This document shows positions 35,050-45,869 of a stretch of DNA of 64,000 nt, piece after piece. The notes beneath the pieces are model-generated. The model was not told the DNA's origin. It did no database searches and saw only the letters and a program-made list of their open reading frames with translations. A program made the position numbers and the translations under genes. This stretch comes from Podarcis filfolensis (taxonomy: Eukaryota), in NCBI GenBank assembly GCA_964270895.1, contig OZ185437.1; one strand, 5' to 3'. Position 1 is the first letter of the stretch. Every line of letters starts with the position of its first letter.

Positions 35050-35495
35050 TGTTAGAATTCCTGCTCCATGATTGCAGTCATGGGATTGTTGTCTTTCACA
35101 TGACGGTATATGTTTTGACTCCACAGAGTGGGATGTGATGGAGACAGGATGTTTGTGTTACTCTGTTCCGTGAAGTGGGATTATTGTCCTTTGTTCTTTT
35201 TCTCTTTGCTGTTTGATGCTAGAGAGAGAGGGAGCCATGCTGCAGTGCTCCGTGTGTGTTTATATGTAAATAAAGTAGATTAGGAAAAATGCTGAGTTGC
35301 TGAGGTCTGTTACGCAACTGCGCAAACTCTGCGGATCCCTAAGTGTGCCGATGTCGGGTGGCATCGGTCGCTGTGATGTTCGGGCTGAAGAAAGCTTTTG
35401 AAGCTCCCAAACAATCGACCAGGAGGGAGAGAACATGCCAGTCGGGCATGTGTCTCTACCAGGGTCCTACTCCAGTGTAGGCTAAGCTCCTGACA
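35050..35495 (+). mobile_element. Solo LTR (446 bp)
   Basis: TGTTA...TGACA termini; perfect 5-bp TSD CTTCC (35045-35049, 35496-35500); AATAAA at 35269. Confidence 0.85.
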
Positions 35496-38052
35496 CTTCC
35501 CACTCTTTGGCCCATCACTCTTCTTGGGGGGGGGGCCTTCTGCTGCCCTTCACCATCTGGACACCTCAGCCCGAACAGCTGACAATAGTGACACAAGTTC
35601 TTTTTGATGAATCAAGGTGTTCTCTTCTGCAAATTAGCATCTCTGTGAACCTCTTACCCCCCACCCTGGTGCCCTCCAGACGTTAGATGCTACAACTACA
35701 ACCACCCACCCCTACCCAACAGAGGTGGATGGGGCTGATGGAAGTTGTAGTCCAAAGGAGGGCACCTGGTTGGCATCTTTCAATCCTACATGTCTGCAGT
35801 TGCTCCGTTGCAAAGGATCAGGTACTTAGGCTTCTGCCAAAGTAGCTATCTCTGTGGTAGAAGAAATAACATTTGAATAATCTATATTCTTGCATGTTCT
35901 CTGCTCATTTCTGTCCTATACAACAGCTATGAGTTATCATGCAAGTGTACATATTAAATGATGATCACTGTTGCTTTCTGTTCCATCTTTCTGTTTAGAC
36001 TAGGAATTCTTTTTTCGGGGGATTCAAATTATCAGTTTCATTCTAGATGGCAATATTTAGGGAAATTTTCTTTGTGGAAGTTGTTTCAGGAAGAGACATT
36101 ATCTACCTTCTGATTCCCATGCTATGTACATACGCACAATCATATTTTGTTGTTTCGCATAAGGTCACTAGGGGGCACATAGCTCTTGAACAGTGTATTT
36201 GGAAGCAAAGCCTGACGATGCCGGATCACTGTGAGTTCATTCACTATATACTTTAACAGTACTGATCATTTATTAGTTTGTAGGCACGTTTAACAGCTTG
36301 CTTGAAAAAACCCCACACAGGTAAGATAGGACACTGCTGCATTATTTCATCACAATGGGATAATAAAAAGAAACACTCTTTTAGTGCTTTCTCTGCTAAA
36401 TCCATTTCCTGTTTCTCTCTTTCCCTAAATTATCTTTGTTCCTCAATGTAAAATGTACTTTTCACAAGGGGAGGAGTGCAAGAGGAGGAGAGAATATGTG
36501 CAATACAAAATAGGGGTCTTTTTAATTTCTTCGACTGTGTTCATATATTTTCAGTATATGAAGGAGCCTTGGGCATGTGCACTCCTTCCTTCCCTGTCAT
36601 CCTCACTGCAGCCATGAGAAGGAAATTGGAAGCATTTGCTTTTTGTTTCAACTAACCACAATGTGACATTTTTTCAAAACTGAAGCACATAGCTTTTCAG
36701 CAGGGAGACAAAATGTCATCTTTTTATTTACTTTCTTTTTTATTAAATACAGAATAAAACAAAATCATTGCAGAAAACAGGTAAGAAATATCAAAGCAAA
36801 GGAAAAAAGGGGGTAATACATTCTACATGTGACATCAGGTGTAAAGCAGATATAGACATGTCTGGAAAGGAACAATCAAAGTCCTTAAAGTGCATTCCTA
36901 TTTATTTCTTTAAAAGTCCTGCAAGCATTGGCCATACTATGGCATTCCTGATCGAGAACTCCATAGTGCAGTTGGTCAGAGCTAATTCTTTTTAAAAATA
37001 AAATATTACCATGACAAACAACTCAAAAGTGCAGTTGGAGGGTATTACGGTTAAGTATATTTGTTTAATTGACACTGAAATGAGGAATGGCTGTTGCTGA
37101 AAGGCTTTAACTGGAAAATTCAGCTAAAGAAGTGGTTTCTGTGCTTTAACTGGTTTTTAATTAACTGTTGTTATTCTCTATTAGCTAACACATGAGTGTT
37201 TAACCTTAGATCAGGTATTTGGTTGTAAATCTCCATTTTGAAAGGGAGTTGCCTTTAGTCTCTTTTCTCAGGCTGTATGAGAATAAGATGCCTCTCCAGG
37301 ACCTGCATACCTTAACGGGCTGGAATGCAGGCTAATGGAGCCTGTGAAAGAGAGAGCTAGGTTTATCAGCTCTGATTATAAGTTTATTTCTAAGAAGATG
37401 AACCTGTGCAGGACTTGGAATTATTTGGATGCATCATTTACTGTGTTTTGTTCTGTTTAGGAGAACGTTCCGCAACTACAGTAAAGTTTTGAACATTCTA
37501 ATGGGTCTGGACAATGCTTCATTCCAAAAGGACCCCGTTTTTATGCATCCAGTCGCTTCAAACTGCACAATATTAATATCTGCAATAATTACATCATACT
37601 GTATACAAAGCAAATAAGCGATAAATAAGAGAAATAAATGGTGGCACACCAATATAAACCAAGACATCCATATTTCCTGTGCTAGCATGGATTGTGAATG
37701 TTTCCTGTGCTAGCATGTGCTAGCATGGATTGTGAAAGTCTGTAAGTTCTAGTTAATTCTGTCCAGATCTAGTTCTCTATCTTAAACAATGGTTTCCTAT
37801 TTGGAGGCCATGGAAAACTACTTTAAGAAACTAAAATACCTTAAACTGAGCTTAAGAGGGGAAGAGAAAAGGGAAGGGAGAAAGGAGCATACAGGCACAC
37901 ATATCATATTCAAGGTGACAAACCATGGTTTACTGGACTGGGAATGTTATGTCTGAACTATGCCTAAGGCTGTATTTGCATAGCTTTTCTCACAATTTGG
38001 CATATCAGTGCCAGGAAGACAGAGTTTCTTAAAGGAGACTTGCCATGCAAGC

Positions 38053-38856
38053 TGTCAGAGCTGCCCAAGGTCCCAGCTCACAAAGGACCAACGCTGCTTC
38101 GTTGTTAAGTACAAAAGTCTTTATTGAAGTTCAGTTTCACTTCCAGAGCCGCAGCGCGCAGCTCTACGTCTCAACTGTCAGACCGCTGATGCTCCGTCTG
38201 AGTCTCCTCCCCCCAGACACCAATTTAAGACTCTAGCCTTACTCCACCTCTTCCTCTGTTCCTTCCGCCTCTGGTTCTGCCTGGCCGTTGGGGTCTCGCC
38301 CTTTCTAGACTCTTCTGACGCTGAGTCCCCTGAGCCTTCCCCCTCCCTCCGGCGGGCTTTAGGAGCTGGTTCCCCATCCGGGTCTCCTGCTGTTCCCCGC
38401 GCCTGTACATTTGAACTTGGCGCGCGCGCCCAGCCGGTAACTTTTCTCCTGACCGTTTCACTGCTGTTGCTGTCACTGCTTCCCCCTCTGGGGGGGCTAG
38501 CTGCAACTGACCTCCCCTCCGTTGGAGGCGTGGTCAGCCCTGACTCCCTCTCTGGAGGAGACGCTGGCCCTGACACATGTGACTCTTCCCCCCCACTACG
38601 CTCTGGTGGGGAAACTGGTCCCGATCCCCCACTGCTGCTTTGGGGTTCCCCTCTGGCTCCTTGTTTCTGGTGCGTCCCCCCTGGGACCCCCCTTGCCCTG
38701 ACCATCGGCGCCCCCTTCTGGGAATCTTCTGATTCGCTGGAGAAGCTCATGGAATCTCTCGGGCCACTGTCATACTCCCCTACGCTGCCCTCAGATTCTT
38801 CCCCTTCGCTCTCCATTTCCTCTCTCCCCTGTGCTCCTGCTCCTGAGTCCCTGACA
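38053..38856 (-). mobile_element. Solo LTR (804 bp) with a 212-aa ORF in U3
   Basis: TGTCAG...CTGACA perfect inverted termini; perfect TSD CAAGC (38048-38052, 38857-38861); AATAAA on minus at 38125-38120; CpG-rich. Confidence 0.9.
38178..38816 (-). CDS. LTR-encoded ORF, function unknown (acidic Ser/Glu N-terminus, Pro-rich middle, Arg/Lys-rich C-terminus)
   Basis: ATG-initiated 212-aa ORF lying wholly inside the solo LTR; expression not shown. Confidence 0.35.
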   Translation of the reverse strand: MESEGEESEGSVGEYDSGPRDSMSFSSESEDSQKGAPMVRARGVPGGTHQKQGARGEPQSSSGGSGPVSPPERSGGEESHVSGPASPPERESGLTTPPTEGRSVAASPPRGGSSDSNSSETVRRKVTGWARAPSSNVQARGTAGDPDGEPAPKARRREGEGSGDSASEESRKGETPTARQNQRRKEQRKRWSKARVLNWCLGGGDSDGASAV

Positions 38857-39769
38857 CAAGCCTATTCTGGCCTTGCTGTGAGTTCTATTTGCCACACCAT
38901 GCTCAAGGTGCATGTGGCTTAAAAAAGCGCCACGTAATTGTGCTCCTAAATACATAACACACCCCCTGCAGTTCAAACATTGCTTCGGTTCAGCAGCAAA
39001 TTTCCTAGCTGAAGCCTGCTCAACCTCTACAGCCAGAAAGATGATGTTTTCAGAAGAGTTTTGCCATTTCAGCATCAGGCACCTGTCCAATTTCATCAGA
39101 ATTGTGTCTGCTACATTTTAGCACATCCCCCTCCCTCTAATGATTAAACTACATGCCTGCTCTTCATTTCCCAGTGCTGACCCTCTGCAGCTGTACAGCT
39201 GCACTGTGTAAGCCGTACCATGGAAGCCCTGAGCTTTCTCTCTCTGGACAGTTATACTAAACATTTATTTCATTTCACAAAGAGGGCAGCTTCTCTGTTC
39301 TTCCCATATATAGTCATGTTGGGGAAGAACAGGAGCACTGAGGCATTAGTTACAATGACAGGTTTACAAAGTGAAAGCAGAAGGTAAGTCTTAGAACAGT
39401 ATAGGGGGAAGCAGCAGAGGAAAACTGCCTTAGTACTTCATAGGCTTGTCTGAAGCTGGCTGGCAAGAAGCTGGCATTCAGCTCTCTGCTCTTGTGATTC
39501 CCTTCACGCATTGGCAGCCTGAAGCGGGCACAGCGACAAAAATCAATGAATGAGTAATGGTGCGGCATTCTGTTTTTCAATGCTGAACTCGACACAAAAC
39601 AAGGCATGGATTTCAATGAAATATTATGGCCCCAAAGCACAGCTCATTGCTATTGAAAGCTATGCGACTTTGTTATAGTCTAATTGTTAGTTATGGGATC
39701 GCAGGGGGGCAAGGATCACCTAAAATTCCTGGGTGCCAGGTTCTCCCCACAGTTGCTGAAATTAGTAAA

Positions 39770-40360
39770 TGTGGGGTTTGATCAATGGATTTAGCAAGAC
39801 CTAATAAATCCAGCCAGCTTCCTCAGGAGCTTGGCTTAGAGAGGTGCCATCAAAGAACAAGGACAGGTGATTGCAGAGTCATTACCCTGACGAAAGGTGA
39901 GGCATTCAGCATCAGCCAAGAAGGCAGGTTCCGTTCCTCTAGCTGTGTGCTAGTTGACAATAAACAATAGCAGATTTGGGAGGCGGAGGTTGTCAGGGCA
40001 ACAGAGGGTGGGATGTCACCACAGGAAAAAAAAGGTGTTCTTTAAAAATGGTTTAAGAGCAAGGGTTTTTGGGAAGAAGAAGGGAGAGGCCAGAATGCCA
40101 CGTGATGCTGGCTGGGAGAGGCAGAGAATGGGGATCATAGCTGGCTTCTGCTCTCAATCCAAGCTTGCTGAAGCTCTGAGAGGAGCAACAAGAGATACAC
40201 TTTGGGGTGTAATGTTCTGCACTCAATAAAACTCAGGTGCAAATATGTGTGAATAAACCATATTTCTTAAAGACACTCGCCTCCCTTGTGCCTCATTTTC
40301 CCCAAGGGAGCAAACCCTAGGTAAGTGTCAAGGCCCCTGGAAACTCCTGCTACCATTCAG
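39770..40360 (+). mobile_element. LTR-like sequence, 3' boundary uncertain
   Basis: Begins TGTGGGG; TTTAAAA TATA-like element near 40042; AATAAA near 40225 and 40252; no TSD found. Confidence 0.45.
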
Positions 40361-40646
40361 CAGGCATTGGGTTCCACTGGGAGAAAAGATAAGGCAGGCA
40401 TTTGCCATATATTTTGCTCTATAAGACTCACTTTTTCCCTCCTAAAAAGTAAGGGGAAATGTGTGTGCATCTTATGGAGTGAATGCAGGCTGCACAGCTA
40501 TCCCAGCAGCCAGAACAGCAAGAGGGATTGCTGCTTTCGCTGCGCAGCAATCCCTCTTGCTGTTCTGGCTTCTGAGATTCAGAATATTTTTTTTCTTGTT
40601 TTCCTCCTCCAAAAACTAGGTGTGTCTTATGGTCTGGTGCGTCTTA

Positions 40647-41001
40647 AAGGTAAAGGTACCCCTGCCCATACGGGCCAGTCTTGACAGACTCTAGGGTTGT
40701 GCGCTCATTTCACTCTATAGGCCGGGAGCCAGCGCTGTCCGCAGACACTTCCGGGTCACGTGGCCAGCGTGATAAGCTGCATCTGGTGAGCCAGCGCAGC
40801 ACACGGAACGCCGTTTACCTTCTCGCTGGTAAGCGGTCCCTATTTATCTACTTGCACCAGGTGGTGCTTTCAAACTGCTAGGTTGGCAGGCGCTGGGACC
40901 AAACGATGGGAGCGCACCCCGCCGCGGGGATTCGAACCGCTGACCATGTGATTGGCAAGTCCTAGGCGCTGAGGTTTTACCCACAGCGCCACCCGCGTCC
41001 C
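40647..41001 (-). mobile_element. Sauria SINE (young subfamily), full-length
   Basis: Complete GGGACGCGGGTGGCGCTG head to TACCTTTACC tail; 13-bp TSD CTGGTGCGTCTTA (40634-40646, 41006-41018). Confidence 0.95.
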
Positions 41002-42276
41002 TTTCCTGGTGCGTCTTATAGAGCGACAAATACGGTAATAAGTAAGAAACAAGCAGCTCTCCAGGGTTTCAGGCAGGAGTCTCTTCTAGCCCTACTGGGG
41101 GCAGAACATAGAACCTTCTGTTTGCAAGACAGATGCTCTACCGTTGAGCTACAGCTCATCCCCACATGAAGGGAAAGGGATAGGTAACTACAATGCTTGT
41201 TGCAAGTGTATTGCTAATGGATATTAAGTCTCATATTACACACACAGTAATACCATGTGAAGTAGAAATAGCCTTGATTCCCTTCTACTGTTGGTTCAAC
41301 AGTCTGCTCTGAAACTAATATTCAATTTATGCAACAGAAGTGTTGCAGATAATAAAGTGATAGACACTGAGGAATTGAGGCTGGCTGATACATCCTCTGC
41401 ATTTTATTTCTTTGATGCCATTCTTCTGCAGGCCTTTCAGCAGGAGGCAGCAGGAGGATGTAATCCTGAAAGGACCACACACAGAGATCATTTCTACAAA
41501 TAAGCCAAGGGCAAGGAAAGGAGCAACAGGAGGCAGTGGCTGGGCTAAATCCCTCAGGGAAGGAGGGGCATTTGCCAAGGAGGAAAGTAGGCAGGGAAAG
41601 GGTGAAGTAATCTTTTTTGGGCCACTGATTCACATACTGAGGAGAGTTGAGATCCCACACCTGGGGGCACCCGCTTGGAGAAAGCTAATCTTTGGCACTT
41701 CCTCCTTTTTCTCAAGGTGATTGCTATTTGTATACACAGAACACATAATCCCACTATCACTTACAATACTTCATACTTCAGAATAGACCACTCTGCCAAG
41801 GGCATTTTCTTTATATGACCGAAATGTCAATGCCTCATAGCAATAAATACTATTATTTATATAGCCCTCTCACACCAGGGAGGCTCCTGTCTTCTTGGCC
41901 CTGGGAGGAAAAGGCAGCCCAGCCTTCTAAAGAAGGGGCAAACTCGGGGTCAAAGTATGTATCTCCTCTACCCTTTGCCTATTGAATACAATGAAAAGAT
42001 GTTCAAAGGCTTTCCCCGTTTCCTCAGGAGGATTGGTCTAGCTGGCTCCAGTCATTTCCATTGTATGCAAGGAACAGACCATATGCAAGCCTATCACACA
42101 CATCCATCAAGATCAATGGGACTTGGGGAGCATTGTGATAAGCACCTGGGTTAGTATCAACTATATGCAGAGACCTCCATTAGTCAATTGCGCTCTCTCT
42201 CTCTCTGTTAGAAAGCATTCATTCTGAGAGATTGCTCATGAAAATCAGGAGAAGTAGGGTGGTCACTTGCACATTG

Positions 42277-42418
42277 CATACCCCTCAGCTGTCCTGAGCT
42301 AAGTGGGACATCCCATTTTGGGGCACTACGCTCTCGCACAAGTCACCTGGCTCCCGTGAAATCACAGCCCCAAAAGATGTGCGTCCCTGTTTTCCTCTGG
42401 GCCTTGTTGGAGGGTATG
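42277..42418. mobile_element. MITE with CATACCC / GGGTATG termini
   Basis: Inverted termini, internal GGGAC / GTCCC repeats, flanked by direct repeat ACATTG (42271-42276, 42419-42424). Confidence 0.55.
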
Positions 42419-42884
42419 ACATTGTCCAAAAAGGAAAAGAAAAGAGGGCACAGATTTCTGTTTGCACGTGCCAGTTTACAAGCAAACTATATTTATGCGC
42501 TCTCTGTTTGAAAACATCGCAGAACCTCCAGGCAAAGCTGCAAGAGTTAAATTGCTAGGATGCCTAATGGAACAGAAGACCGCCTGATCTGCTCTTGTGT
42601 CTTTAACGCAGCAGATCAATTTGCAGAAATGTATTCATTCCATTTATATCCCACTTTTCCATGTGAAGGCAGCCAATGTAAAGTCTGACACCTAGTGTGC
42701 ATAGCCACCCGTAGTCCTTTAACTATTCTGGCCCCAAGTCATTTAGGGCTTGAAGGAAAATGTGGGCTATAGTGGGTGAAGGTCTTCATGAAATGGATAT
42801 AACTATGACCCTGAATATCAAACTACCATTAAAGGGACAGCTAGAGATGCCAGATTAATGGCTGGCAACCTTCTTCTGTTTTAA

Positions 42885-43850
42885 ATTTTTTATTTGTGAT
42901 TTTTAGTTATATACATTTCAATAGTTTTACAGTCATTTTAACATTTCAAAACTTGGCTGACTTCCTCCTCTTTCTGCAGTTCCTTAAATTTATATTTATC
43001 ATTTCCTGCATATTCTAAAGTAACTTAACTTATTATTTTATTCACCTACTTTAATAATTTACTCTTATGAAACTGCAGATTATTATAATACCTGTTTACA
43101 ATTTATTTGTACATATTCAATAAACCATTTCCATTCTTTTATAAAAAAAATGCGTTGTCTTTATTTCGCCATTTTTGCATAGTCCATGAGTTTTTGTATC
43201 CAATCTTCTTTCATTGGAACTTCTTTCCATTTGGGGGCAAATAACATTCTTCCTATGGGGACGCGGGTGGCGCTGTGGGTAAAACCTCAGCAACTAGGAC
43301 TTGCCGATCGCATGGTCGGCGGTTCGAATCCCCGCGGTGGGGTGCGCTCCCGTCGTTCGGTCCCAGCGCCTGCCAACCTAGCAGTTCGAAAGCACCTCCG
43401 GGTGCAAGTAGATAAATAGGGACCGCTTACCAGCGAGAAGGTAAACGGCGTTCCGTGTGCTGCGCTGGCTCGCCAGATGCAGCTTGTCACGCTGGCCACG
43501 TGACCCGGAAGTGTCTGCGGACAGCGCTGGCTCCTGGCCTATAGAGTGAGATGAGTGCACAACCCTAGAGTCTGACAAGACTGGCCCGTACGGGCAGGGG
43601 TACCTTTACCTTTTAACATTCTTCCTACTGTAATTGCGTACATGAATAAATTTCTATGCTGTTTAGGTAGTTCTACCCCTATAATTCCCAGAAGGAAAGC
43701 TTCTGGGGTTTTTTTCTTTACAAATGTTATTTTAACATCTTTTTCAATCCATTATATATCATTTCCCAGTAAGCTTTAACCTTACTGCAAGACCACCACA
43801 TATGACAGAAAGCACCTTTTTTTTCTTTGCATTTCCAACACTTACTCCAA
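42885..43850 (-). mobile_element. L1-clade LINE ORF2 3' end, interrupted by a Sauria SINE
   Basis: Minus frames give SKCWKCKEKKGAFCHMWWSCSKVKAYWEMIYNGLKKML..KPEAFLLGIIG..LFMYA..RMLFAPKWKEVPMKEDWIQKLMDYAKMA: L1 ORF2 CCHC knuckle and C-terminus; AT-rich 3' tail toward 42885. Confidence 0.8.
43257..43613 (+). mobile_element. Sauria SINE (young subfamily), full-length
   Basis: Complete element; 14-bp TSD TAACATTCTTCCTA (43242-43255, 43614-43627). Confidence 0.95.
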
Positions 43851-43984
43851 CTGATTTTAAAATCAAGGACATGTAAAAGCTACTCATGCATTAGCCACAG
43901 GAAGGGTTAACATGTGAATCCCGGAAAAAAAGTGACAGGCGGGGTGCCACAGGGGGCTGCCTCGGCCCGTTGTTGTTTTAGGGA

Positions 43985-44425
43985 AGCTTTTAATGTTTGA
44001 TGTATTACTGTATTTGAAATATACTCAGAGTCGCAAAGTGATTTCATGCTCTTTATTCAGCTCATAGTGGTGAGGAGGAATGAATGAATGTCCCCTCAAA
44101 GTATCTGCTTTATATACATTACTTACACAATGGGCTGCACATGATTGGCTCATTCTGGAATTCTACTGTAAGCCAATCAGGTTGTGGATTCACTTATATC
44201 TGGAGCATGATTGGGTGGTTCCTGCCAACCAATCATACTGCTGCATTGTTCTAGGACCAATCAGACTGCTGCATTCTGAATCCTATTGTTCTAGGACCAA
44301 TCAGACTGCTGCAGTTTGGATCCTATTCAACTCAGTACATAACAGTATTTTAATATTTGGTTGGAAGCTGCCCAGAGTGGGTGGGGAAGCCCAGCCAGAT
44401 GGGCAGGTAATAAATTATTGTTGTT
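43985..44425 (+). mobile_element. L2 3' tail split by the solo LTR
   Basis: TTTTAATGTTTGATGTATTACTGTATT [LTR] TTAATATTTGGTTGGAAGCTGCCCAGAGTGG..GGGAAGCCCAGCCAGATGGGC..AAATTATT. Confidence 0.7.
44015..44344 (-). mobile_element. Solo LTR (330 bp) with a CCAAT-rich U3
   Basis: Minus strand TGTTATG...TTTCA; perfect TSD GTATT (44010-44014, 44345-44349); TATATAAAG at 44116-44108; AATAAA at 44057-44052. Confidence 0.88.
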
Positions 44426-44434
44426 GTTTGTTGT

Positions 44435-45042
44435 TTTAACATATTCATAAAAAACGTGGATGAAGGTATTGAGGGGATGCTTATCAAATTTGCAGATAAC
44501 AGCAAACTGGGAGGGGTAGAAAGTGTCAAAGAAGACAGAACTGGGAATCAAGGTGAACTTAACGGATTGGAGAACTGGGCCCAAACTAACAAAATGAATT
44601 TCAAGAGGGACAAATTTAAGATTATGCACTTAGCTAGGAAGAACCAGCACAAATATAAGATGGGGACACTAAAATGAACTAGGGGTTCTTTGTAGACCAC
44701 AAGATTAACATGAGTCAACAGTGTAATGCAGCAGCAGCAGCAAAAAGAAAAAGAAAGAAAAGCTAATCCTATTCTAGGCTGCATCAACAGAAGTATGGAG
44801 GATGGAACAAGCTTGTTTCCTCCTGCTCTGGAGACTAGGACCTGAACCAATGGATTCAATTTACAGGAAAAGGGATTCTGACTAAACAGCAGGAATAACT
44901 TTCTGGCAGTAAGATCTGTTTGACAATGGAACAGACTTCCACGAGAGATGGTGAGCTCCCCTCCCCAGGAGATTTTTAAGCAGAGGTTGCATGGCCATCT
45001 GTCATGGATTACCCTTAGGGTCCCTTCTAACTAGAATTCTAT
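44435..45042 (+). mobile_element. CR1 LINE fragment with internal deletions
   Basis: FNIFI..DEGIEGMLIKFADNSKLGG..LENWAQTNKMNFKRDKFKIMHL (RT, FADD-type motif decayed), then LGCINRS, WNRLPREMV and the CR1 tail. Confidence 0.85.
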
Positions 45043-45719
45043 GCTGTGTGCCATGCACCTTGTCTTCCATATTTATAACTACACATAAAGATGTCCTCCA
45101 TCTTTATAACTACACTGCTGACCTCCCTCAGGGGTAGTGCAGTCCCACAATGCTAGTACTGAAGCAGGATTCACTACCATATGTGGAATGGGTGCATGTG
45201 TATGTTATTTTGCCCTTTGCCCCAGGCAGCAAAATGTCTTGGGCTGGCCTTGGTTGGGAGAATGGCGAAGCGTATAACTAAGGCTGCTGCCTTTGCTCAT
45301 TCCCCAACATTGTGTTTGGTTCACGTGTATGTCTCGCTACAGGAAAAGGCTGACACCACATTAGATGATAGCATATGTGTGCACAGTAGTTTATTTACAA
45401 TCATCTCCCATTCCGTCATGCTTTTATTTTTAATATGGGACTGTAACCTAGATGGCTCTTTCAACATTGCTGGCATAATTCAGGAAAGACCTACCAACTT
45501 GGGCTGGCTCATGAGGTGAGTTAATTTTAAGTTTCAATAACCTTGGCAGCACAACTATTAAGTAAACAAGGCTATTTCTGAGCCAATAAAATGTGTTCAT
45601 TAAAGAGAACTAAACATATACAGTCTGCATGAGTTAGCTACTATCTCTGACCTTCAAACTTCAATGTCAGCCTTTCCCTGTTATCACAGTTTCCCTCTAA
45701 TACTTTGTGTCACCTTAAC

Positions 45720-45869
45720 CAGTGCTTTTTTTCTAAAAAAAAAAAATGTTTAGGGGTACTCTCATTTCCCTACTCATATTGAAATACTGCGCCTCAATGA
45801 GACCAAACTTAGATTCACAAAATGTTTAGGGGTATGTGTACCCCTCTGTCCCCCCAGAAAAAAGCACTG
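45720..45869. mobile_element. hAT MITE
   Basis: TIRs CAGTGCTTTTTT / AAAAAAGCACTG; 8-bp TSD ACCTTAAC vs ACCCTAAC. Confidence 0.85.
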
